NCBI GenBank assembly: GCA_009914755.4 | Contig: CP068257.2 | Span: forward strand, 44,224,001 to 44,288,000 | Origin: the human T2T-CHM13v2.0 reference genome, Homo sapiens | DNA length: 64,000 nucleotides | Direction of reading: 5' to 3' | In this document: positions 53,458 through 64,000 of the stretch, piece after piece | Layout: each line of letters starts with the position of its first letter | How positions within the stretch are numbered: position 1 is the first letter of the stretch | Made by a program: the position numbers and the translations under genes | The notes under the pieces: model-generated | The model's database searches: none | Told to the model about the DNA's origin: nothing | Seen by the model: the letters and a program-made list of their open reading frames with translations, nothing else

Positions 53458-55313
53458 TCAGGACAGTGTTGTTCTTGAGTAAGGGGTAACTACTCAGAGA
53501 GTTCTGTTATAATGGTTTGTGTAAAATGTATTTCTCAATCACTTCATGTAAAAGTTGGTATGCTTCAGGTTGGAAATGCAAAATCAAGGAATTTTTTGGC
53601 AACTTTAAGGACCGTAGCTTTTAAACAAGGAAGTGCTTCAGCCCATCCTGAAAACACACACATAACAGCGAAAGTATTTCCAGTCCCAAGTGAACACTGG
53701 TTAAAATCTACCTGAAGGTGCTCAGAGGGCCCTTGAGTCGTTGCTCTGGGGCCGTGTCTCACCCTCACACCATGTCACGATTGTGCTGGTGACGGATACC
53801 TGGCCTTAAAAGAACCTCAGCAGTCTTTGTAAAGCTTCCCACCAGTGTTGACTGGAGATATTCATCCAGTCTTTGTAAAGCTTTCCCACCAGTGTTGACT
53901 GGAGATATTCATCAATTTGTCTACAGCATGATGAGTAGTTTCATGGATTGACTTAGCGAATATCTGTTTGAAATCATCTGGTACCACAGCCAGCTGAGAG
54001 CACCAGAGATTGAGTAAAGGATACAACCAGAATTTTCAGAATTTGTCCATTCTTCCTTTTCAAAATCAGGGGCGAAGTGTTGAAATCTTACAATGGCCTC
54101 TTGGCTTGCCTCCAGAGATCCAAACTTCGAGGCTTAGCTGGAGTCAAGCTGTGGCTAAAGCACTAGTTGGGCAGAATGACCCCCCAGAGCACCTCCTCCA
54201 ACGACCGCATCTCCGTCTGCACTGGCCTCGCATCTGCAGTCACCACCTCTCTAGGAAGAAGTGTGCCCAAGAACTCAGCACCCGGCCCACGTAGGGTGGG
54301 CTTCCAGCAGAGCTAAAAGCCCCTCTGTTTCCAGAGCATCCACCGCCATGGGCCCTTGGTTAGTTGACAAGTGCTGGCAAGTGTGATGAGTTCTGCATCT
54401 GGCAGACTTTCTGCACCACAGAGGACTGTGCCGAAGGAGAGAGCCAGGTCAGCGGCAGCACACTGTCCCAGCCTGCTTGGGCTGCCATTGCAAAATGCCA
54501 TGACTGCGTGGCTTACACGGCAGACGCTGGTTCTCTCACAGTCCAGGAGGCTGGAAGTCTCAGATGGAGGTGCCATCAGGGCCGGTTCCTCTGAGGCCTC
54601 TCTCTTTGGCTTGCAGATGCCGTCTTCTTCCTGGGTCCTCACAGAGTCACCCCTCTGTGTGTGTCAGTTCCTTGTCTCCTCTTACAAGGACACCAGTCAG
54701 ATTACATTAGGGTCTACTGTAGGGACCCCATTTTACCTTAGTTACCTCTGTAAAGCCCCATCTCTAAACACAATCACACGGAGGGTCAGGGTTTCAGTGG
54801 ATGAACTTGGTCCGGTTCTGCAGCACAGGCCCTGCCTGATCACCTCCAGCTTCAGTTGTGAAGTGGGATGTTAGGCCGGGATTCTCGACAGAGTCCACTA
54901 AGGCTGCAGGTAGGTGGGGTCCTCCACAGACTTCCTCGTCTCTGAACAAAGAGGGCGTCACCACGATGTGTCAGAACTGAATCGCTAGGGAGATTTAGGT
55001 CTTCTAAGTCTTAATGAGGACCTGGAAAAAGCAGGAGGAGACTTCAGTGACCCCCAGGGCGTGGCTGTCCAAGTTCATCATTGTCCTCCCCATTGAGGGC
55101 AAAACATGCTCACTCTCCTGGTCTAGCGGCAGCCCTGGAGGGGCAGCGTGAACACCCACCACCATGAAGCACGTGGCTTTGGGAAGAATGGACAGCAAAG
55201 TTGTGTTTCGGTTCAGTACCCCTAGGAAGTAAGGGAGAATAATTTTGTTGGTGGCCCTGAGGTCTTCGGCAGATCAGTATCTTGGTATCTGTACTGGCAG
55301 GACAGGCGTGTCA

Positions 55314-55432
55314 CAGGGGCTGGGGTCAGGTCAGGAAGGCCTTTGGGTAGGAGCCGTAGGGGTGGGGTCGGGCCGGGGAGGCCTTTGGATAGGGGCTAGG
55401 GTCGGGTCGGGAAGGCCTTGGACAGGGGCCGT
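55314..55432. repeat. ~42-bp G-rich tandem repeat x3
   Basis: 'gggctggggtcaggtcaggaaggcctttgggtaggagccgta' with variants. Confidence 0.75.
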
Positions 55433-57533
55433 TTGTCTGTAGTTTGAGCCCTTCTTTTGGATTTGGGGTCACAGGATTGTGGAGAATTTCGGGTCATGTT
55501 TTGGTGGAACCTCTCGGAGCCTTTAGAGGCTCTGCCCCGGTCATTTTGCCTGTGTTAGTGGGATTGTGTCAGGTGCAGCGTCAAGACCCTTACCCGGAGT
55601 CTACACCCACCTCATGAGGCAGGGGTCTGCCCAGAGCCCACACACTTGCCGGTGGGCCGAGGAGTTCTCCGGGAGCTCAGGAAACAGTGTCTCTGATGTA
55701 CATTTAAGATGCCATCCCGTTTTCAGGCAAAGTCTCTGCCTACTAAATTTTCAGGGGTGGAGTCCCAGAGCAAGAATGAATGTTTTCCAATCAAGGGCCC
55801 AAGGGTTACAGTTCAGGGCTGGAAAATAGGGAGAGAAAACACGGCGGGTGATTTGAAACGCCTCCCAGGGTGTGGTGTACCTAAACTGAGGAGGAGGATG
55901 ACGTGAGACCTTTCTGCAGGTCGGATGCAGGAAGAGCCGCAGTGGCCACCAGGAGGATGAGGAAGACCACCTGCGTCCAGTGTTAGTCACCCTGAGAGCT
56001 GAAGGCCAGGCGGAGGCCGGCCGCCCGTTCCTTCCTCGGGCTCCCTCACTGCCTGGACCCAGGATCTTTCTATGTCTCAGTTGTTCTTTCTGGGGATGGG
56101 ATCATCTTTTCTCTGGTGTCCTTTCTGAATGCAGCAGCTATTACATGAGTGTGCTTGTTGGGTGCTGGGGCTGGTGAGGGGCGCCTAGCTCTCTGGTCTG
56201 CAGGAGTCCTGGCTCATTTTTGTTCCAGAGCTTTTTCAGTGTGTTCTGCCAGTGGCTGTCATTCAGCAGAAGGGCTATTCCCATCCCTACTTCTGCGTTC
56301 GAGTGGGGTTTCACTCCACTGACCTCATGGGACGAAAGGGCTGCCCTCACGCCAGCGCCTCCCTTACCTCGAAGGGTAGAGACAGTCGAGGTTGTCGGAA
56401 GGGACTTTCTAGTCTGTCCCCAGATCTCCAGTTGTTTCATCTTACGTCTGTCTTTGTGCTTGTTCTAATCAGTTCCTACTGGAGATGTTTTAGGGGTGGC
56501 ATTTAGGACTTTGCTATGGGACCTTTTTTGACCCTCGGGTTCATTTGTTGACAGAGTTCAGGTAACTCTGGGTCATGTGCAACCGAAAGAATTCTAAATT
56601 CTTCTGTTGGTCATTGCAGGTCTTGTCTGGGTGTAGGGAATCTGTAAGTGTGGCTCTGAATTCAGCTCCAATCCAAGGTTTAGCTTCTGGAGTTGCCTAT
56701 TCGCCTGGCTCTCGGGGGATGGGTTTTTACAGGCAGCTGGCATTTGGGGGTTTTAGGAGGGCTGGAAAAGATAGAGGTAGAGTCGATGGAGGAGCTGGAA
56801 GGGAAGGACGGGGCGGGGGGAGTGCTGGGCAGGGGCAGTGAGAGGAAAAGGAGGGAGAGCTTACGAGCCTGGGGGTCTGGTTTGTTGCCGACGTCTGCCA
56901 GGTTGCTGACTAGCTGTAGCCAAAGAATGTTTTAGTGAAACTATTTTTAAATGAGAAGTTCACTTGAAGGCCTCTTCATACCAATCAAAAAATGCTGCCC
57001 ATTGGGCCTGAAAAAATCTTATTATCTTTCTTTTTTAAGGTGCCTCTGAATGAACAATTTCGTTAAAGTCAAATGTTCCCCCAGGGCAGCCAGTGAGGCC
57101 CAATCATCCTTGGGGAATTGAGGCCACTTGGAGAGACAGGCACCAGAATTCCAGTTGCAGTGACTCCATTCAAGGAGTTTTCCTGGGAGAGGAGGGGATT
57201 GAGACATGGCCCCATGAGAGCGGGTGGCAGGAAGTGGGAATTTAGTGTCCGTGCCTGTGCCTCAGGTCCCTAACCCGACACCTTGACACACAGAGCCTCT
57301 CCCCAGCCTCACCAGAAAGAACGCTCTGTGTGGGTCAAAGTCAAGCTCTCAGCACAAAAAATAGACAAAGGGGACACCATCCTATTTCCTTGCTAGTCTA
57401 TAGCAGTTTGTCCAGGCACACACTGACCAAGCCTTGTTTCTAAGAAGAGGGCACTTTTCGTGGAGAGCAAATCCTGTTGCCCTGAATCGTAGCTCAGGCA
57501 TAATGGATCCAGAGCTGGGGGTGTCCTGGGGGT

Positions 57534-57647
57534 GCTGCCCTGTCACTGCCTCTGCCGCGCTGTCCGCCACGCTCTGCAGCGAGCTCCGGAGCTGCCCTGT
57601 CACTGCCTCTGCCGCGCTGTCTGCCACGCTCTGCAGCGAGCTCCGGG
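57534..57647. repeat. 57-bp direct repeat x2
   Basis: 'gctgccctgtcactgcctctgccgcgctgtccgccacgctctgcagcgagctccgga' duplicated with 1 mismatch. Confidence 0.85.
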
Positions 57648-58311
57648 CCACAGCCTGGACACGCCCCATGCGGCTGACAGAAGCCCTGTCCCCCACGGGT
57701 TGCCAGCCTGAACCCAAAGCCCAGCTCTGTCTCCTGGGTGTCAGGACCATGAGCCAAACCAGGCTGCCCAGGAGGGTGGGCACAGGCCGCCCCCCACCTC
57801 AGCCTTCTCACGCTTCTACATTAACCACACATCTCCTTCCCTAGGCCAGACACCAGGAGCCATTCTCTGCCCCCGTGCCCTCCACACCCAGTCGTGGCCT
57901 GTCCCCGACATCCCTGCCTTACCTGGCTCTGGGCATCAGACCCAGCCCCCAGCTAGTCTCCAGCCTCCATTCTCCCCTCCCCTTAGGCCAGCACCCACAC
58001 TTCCTGTATCAGCCTGTCTGTCCACACCCCCTGCCCACCAGGTCTCCACGACCAAGGCCAGACCCGCCCCAACCCCACTGCGGCACGGTGACCATCCTGC
58101 CTTGCCGTCTGTGTGCCCTGCCAGCCTGCCCATCCATTTCAGCGACGTCTCCTGGTCCTCCCTGGCCTGGCCTGGCCACTTTGTCCTCGGCTGTGCATGA
58201 CAGGGGCTCTGTGGGCTTCTGAGTGTGGGAAGTCAGGACACACCCCCTGCCCTCCTGCTTTCTCACTGCACGACGCCTGAAGTGCTGCCAACACACGTGT
58301 CTCTCCCCTAG

Positions 58312-58482
<171 letters not shown>

Positions 58483-58639
58483 TAGGCGGGCTGCGGGTGG
58501 TGGCCACAGGCCAGGCAGCCTTCCTGAGCCTTGTCCCTGCTGTCTGCAAGCCCAATGCTGGCCACGCAGACCCCACAGCTCAAAGTGCGAGACAGGAACA
58601 CAGGACCCATGAGCAAGCACAACTGCACTGCAGGGACCC

Positions 58640-59995
58640 AGCCCACCCACTGCCCAGATACGGACCCGGCCACCCACTGCCCAGATACAGACCTGGCCCA
58701 CCCACTGCCCAGATACGGACCCCCCCCACCCACTGCCCAGATACGGACCCCCCCCCCACCCACTGCCCAGATACGGACCCCCCCCACCCACTGCCCAGAT
58801 ACGGACCCCCCCCCACCCACTGCCCAGATACGGACCCGGCCCACCCACTGCCCAGATACGGACCCCCCCCACCCACTGCCCAGATACGGACCCCCCCCCC
58901 GCCCACTGCCCAGATACGGACCCCCCCCGCCCACTGCCCAGATACGGACCCGGCCCACCCACTGCCCAGATACGGACCTGGCCACCCACTGCCCAGATAC
59001 GGACCCGGCCACCCACTGCCCAGATACAGACCCGGCCCACCCACTGCCCAGATATGGACCCCCCCAACCCACTTCCCAGATACGGACCCCCCCACACACA
59101 CTTCCCAGATACGGACCCCCCCACACACACTTCCCAGATACGGACCCCCCTCACCTGCTTCCCAAATATGGACCTGGCCCACCCACTGCCCAGATATGGA
59201 CCCCCCCCACCACTGCCCAGATACGGACCCCCCCCCACCCACTGCCCAGATACGGACCCCCCCCCGCCCACTGCCCAGATACGGACCCCCCGCCACCCAC
59301 TGCCCAGATATGGACCCCCCCCCGCCCACTGCCCAGATACGGACCCCCCGCCACCCACTGCCCAGATACGGACCCGGCCCACCCACTGCCCAGATACGGA
59401 CCCCCCCCCCACCCACTGCCCAGATACGGACCCGGCCCACCCACTGCCCAGATATGGACCCCCCCCCGCCCACTGCCCAGATACGGACCCCCCCCCCACC
59501 CACTGCCCAGATACGGACCCGGCCCACCCACTGCCCAGATATGGACCCCCCCAACCCACTTCCCAGATACGGACCCCCCCACACACACTTCCCAGATACG
59601 GACCCCCCCACACACACTTCCCAGATACGGACCCCCCTCACCTGCTTCCCAAATATGGACCTGGCCCACCCACTGCCCAGATATGGACCCCCCCCACCAC
59701 TGCCCAGATACGGACCCCCCCCACCACTGCCCAGATATGGACCTGGCCCACCCACTGCCCAGATACGGACCCCCCCCCACCCACTTCCCAGATATGGACC
59801 TGGCCACCCACTGCCCAGATACGGACCCCCCGCCACCCACTGCCCAGATATGGACCCGGCCCACCCACTGCCCAGATACGGACCCCCCCCCCACCCACTG
59901 CCCAGATACGGACCCCCCACCCACTGCCCAAATATGGGCCCTTTCCACCCACTGCTCACCTATGGATCCTGCCCACCCACTACACTCCTATGGGC
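58640..59995. repeat. C-rich 28-31-bp minisatellite, ~47 copies
   Basis: Unit 'cccactgcccagatacggacccggccca' / 'cccactgcccagatacggaccccccccac', with variable C6-C10 runs. It occupies 1.36 kb of the 2.16-kb intron between the KH2 exons. Source of ORFs 58392-60020 (542 aa), 58531-60252 (573 aa), 58009-59613(-) (534 aa), 58580-59959(-) (459 aa) and others. Confidence 0.95.
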
Positions 59996-60349
59996 CGTGC
60001 TGGGGACAGGGAAGAACTAGCTGGTCACATGGTTCTGGGCAAGGGAGGCCCTGGGCACTGGGTGCTGTATCTACTCCCTGTGAGGGGCCTCCAGGGCACC
60101 TGGAGACAGCCCTGAGCCATCGGCCTGTCCCAGTGGGCAGAGTTTGCAGATGTGAACTTCACATCCACACGTTTGTCCCATTTCAAGGAAAGCCTGAATC
60201 CTTGCCCTATGCAGCAGGGCAGCTGCCCCAATCTTCATTTCCTTTCCCATGACCAGAGTCCACCTTTCTCTGTGACCTAAAACTCCACAGAGGAGAGAGG
60301 ATTCCGTGTATTTGAAAAGAGTCGTTTGTCTCCCTGAAAATGCCTCTGA

Positions 60350-61027
<678 letters not shown>

Positions 61028-63653
61028 TGAGGGGTCTTCTGCACTGAGTTGGAGCTGCAGAAACAGTGCTCTTTACGTTGGAGTCAGGCCTTGGGGGGCA
61101 GCTGGGGGTGGGAGGGAGGCAAAGGCAGGAGGCTCCTCTGCGCATGCAGTTCTGCAGAAGGAGGCGTCAAACCACCGTGGAGGAACAGAGGTCAAAACTC
61201 GGGAAAACATACAAAACTCATGCAGAAGTAGAGATGGGTGAACAAAAGCATTAAAACGGAAAAGCAGAGAAGAACCCGCTCAGAGCAGACGCCTCTCTTG
61301 AAGTTTCGGGGGGAGGAAAAAACTCAGAAGTATACTCAAAATTCATGAAGCTATCAACAGTTGCCAGTCTTTCCTGAAGCAAAAATGAAGAAGCCTCGCC
61401 CCAGATGGAAAGTTCTAGCAGCTCTGCAGGGTCAGCCTCCAGCCCCTCCTGCAGCCCAGGCTCACTCCTCTCTCGTACTTGGCTTGGGGTTCAAACCCCA
61501 TGTTTGACTCTTTAAAAAATGTTTGCGTAGTTGTTGTTTCCCTGAAGTTTGATACTTTGTGAAGTGAAAAATATTTTTCAAAATATTCTTGTTCTGAAAT
61601 CTTCCCCACTCCCTGGTTAGGGCGAAAGTGCCATGCTGGTCTGAGCTATCTGTTCAACTCTCCAGTCTCAGGCCCTGGAGGCCCTGCGGGCCGAGGCTCA
61701 GGAGCAGCCAGTGACACGAACAGTTCTAGGAGGGACATCCCTAATGGAGGGCCGAGGTCCAGCTCCTCAACAACACGTGGGTCTCGTCAGCGTCACCCAG
61801 TGCCTCTGCTGCCTGCGTCCCGGTGCAGTGCCAGGTGCAGCTCCACAGATGCAGGTGCACCCGCTGCCCCAAGGCTGCCCATGCCCCCAGAGCCATCATC
61901 CGAACCACCCTATCTCCTTCCTGGGCAGGGAGGTTTGAGCAAGACAGGGAGCTCGTAGCAGACATGGCCGGTGAAGATGGCCAGGCAGCTGCTCTCACTC
62001 CCGCTGGCTGTGCTGCATCCCAAGTCCCAGGGGCCATCATCCCAGGGAGGAAGATTCATCACACCTGGAAACAGCTGGGTCCGCCCTCAGATGAAGAGTG
62101 ACTGGAAAAATAAAGCCAAGGATGCCTTAAAGACCCTCCTGGTTGATTGGAGGACTTCTGGGCTTGGTAGTGGGCATGCCTCACCTCACACCCAGGAGAT
62201 GACGGAGGAAAGGGCTGCCCAGGGTGCCATGAGTCTGGGTGGGGCCTGCTGAGAATACAGACATCGCCACAGATGGTGCCCTGCCCACCCAGGGCCCAGC
62301 ACCCTGTACCCAGTGCAGGGAGGCTCATGCAGTCCCAGGGGAGGCCAGCAGGCCCTGTGCCCAGAGAAGAAGTGGGAATCACAGGTCAGGGTCAGCTGGG
62401 AGCTCCTGTGCCTGGGTGGGGGTCGAGGGCCCATAGCACAGGGGCACTGGCCCGAGGCTGGGCATCTCCAGGAGCCGGGGAGGGCAGCGGCGGCTCCCGT
62501 CTACCTCAGTCAGTTCCTCCCACCCCAGGCCCAGCTCGAGTCAGCCCAGACCCGCCCCACATCCCCTTCCCCACAGTACTTGAGGTCACACCCCAGGGCC
62601 CTGGCGCTGCGGATCCAGCCACCCACTCCCCATCTTGGGGCTTTGAGTGTGAGTGGCGCTCCCTGAGTGCTGGGCTGGCCCTGAGTCAGCCAAGGCCCCA
62701 GAACTCCCAGCAGGACAGGCTGCCCCCTGCCAGGAATGGCTCATGGGCTCCAGCCCCCACCTCTTCCTGCTGGACCAACCCCAGCTGTGGTGCCCCCCAG
62801 GCCCAGGACTTCTGCCTCCTTGACCTGGGCCCTGGGGACAGTTAGACAGGGGACTCACCCAGGAGAAGGAGGGCAGGCTAAAAATGCTGGCGCTGGAGAA
62901 TGTTAATCCTGTGTTTCCGACAGAATACCCAAGGGAAATTAAGGCAAACCTCATCGTAACTATGGGATTTTTTCCTCTGGAGTCTATAAGCACTTTAAAC
63001 ATGCTTTTTCACATAGTGAAGTGGGATGTTTCCAAGTCTCCTGTGGAGATCTCTGCTGACTGTCACCACGGGCCAAGCCAAGCGCTTTGGATATAGGTCC
63101 CGGTGGAGTCCTACAGGGCTCAACTTTCTCCAGAACATTCAAGAGAATTGCTCCAAGGGGCAGCTCCCTGTGAAGCCGTGCAGCCAGGCCTGCAGGGCCC
63201 TGCGCATCCCAGGAGGGGCCCCGGTGGAGGGGCCAGCACCGCAGGGGGCCGTCTGGGTTGGCGGCCAGCCCTTGTCCAGCAGGGTCTTGTGGGCAAGGGA
63301 CCCACCCCAGCTGGCCTCCCACAATGGGACTGACCCTCCGCACTGCCACAGAGCCTCCCAGGGATGTTCGGGGCAGGCGGTACTCTCAGGAGGCCGGTGT
63401 GTGGCAAACTGCAGCCCAGGGCTCAGCAAAAAGGAGCCCTCTGGAGGGACAGGCCATAAGACAGCCACACAGAGGGTGTGGGGGCTGGAGGTCTTCACTC
63501 CCCTCCCCCAGCACTGCTGCGAAACTCGGGGAGGTGTGGGGAGCGTGGAGCTGGTGCAGGGGGCTGAGTGGGGTGGGCCGGGGCACGCCTCCCCATTGCC
63601 AGGCTGCGAAGCTGCTCTAACGCTCTCTCTCCCTCTCCTGTCCCTTTTCCTAG

Positions 63654-63728
63654 TCCCCACCGAAAGGTGCCACCATTCCCTACCGCCCAAAGCCCGCCTC
63701 CACCCCTGTCATTTTTGCAGGTGGTCAG
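63654..63728 (+). CDS. PCBP3: PCBP3 coding exon (75 bp): SPPKGATIPYRPKPASTPVIFAGGQ (KH2-KH3 linker)
   Basis: Acceptor 'tcccttttcctag|TCCCCA' and donor 'GGTCAG|gtaagagc'. In frame with the previous exon. The gene continues beyond the window end. Confidence 0.85.
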
Positions 63729-64000
63729 GTAAGAGCCGATCCGCTCGCGGCCTCCACTGCCAACCTCAGCCTTTTACTGCAGCACCCGCCGCTGCCCGTT
63801 AGTGCACTCAGGTTTTCTCGCCTTCTCACGTGCACGTCTCCCACCCGTGCTGGAGGCAGAGCTCTTCCACCTACACCCAGCACCAGGCGGACGCAGGGGG
63901 CCTTCAGAGCGGCATTCCCCCACAGAGACGGCCCCACGGAATCATGTTCTCCCTCCCTGACCCGGGCAGGAAGATCTGGCTCTGCCTAAATCCAGTTCCC

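Noticed and set aside
58640-59995. CRISPR-like appearance: about 47 direct repeats of 28-31 bp
   Set aside because: The units are directly contiguous with no spacers between them. The sequence is human intronic (flanked by PCBP3 exons and Alu/L1 repeats). It is a eukaryotic minisatellite, not a CRISPR array, and no cas genes or prokaryotic signals occur anywhere in the window.

Overview
This window is human (primate) genomic DNA, with Alu SINEs in both orientations, L1 and MaLR/THE1 fragments, and no prokaryotic features. It lies inside the poly(rC)-binding protein gene PCBP3 (chr21q22.3, + strand). I recognise seven consecutive PCBP3 coding exons between 44774 and 63728. They encode the N-terminus MESKVSEGGLNVTLTIRLLMHGK, KH1, KH2 and the linker up to ...PVIFAGGQ. 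One is a 24-bp microexon, and all seven end in splice phase 0. The gene continues past the 3' edge of the window, and the first ~44.7 kb is presumably PCBP3 intron. The most striking property is a very high density of minisatellites: at least 17 tandem arrays with unit lengths of 18-63 bp, totalling roughly 7 kb. Three large arrays sit in the introns flanking the KH-domain exons. One is a 59-bp array (x~20) that starts 4 nt after a 5' splice site. One is a sense-strand CT-rich 26-bp array (x~25). One is a sense-strand C-rich 29-bp array (x~47) that fills about 63% of a 2.2-kb intron. These arrays produce every very long ORF in the six-frame track, up to 573 aa, and I treat those ORFs as repeat-translation artefacts. 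I found no novel protein-coding system. The observations I consider worth follow-up are the C-rich, PCBP-motif-like VNTRs inside PCBP3's own pre-mRNA, the VNTR abutting a splice donor, a CpG-rich candidate unannotated exon at 12268-12362 whose splice phase fits the first coding exon, and a non-repetitive 1.8-kb CpG-rich block at 15650-17500.
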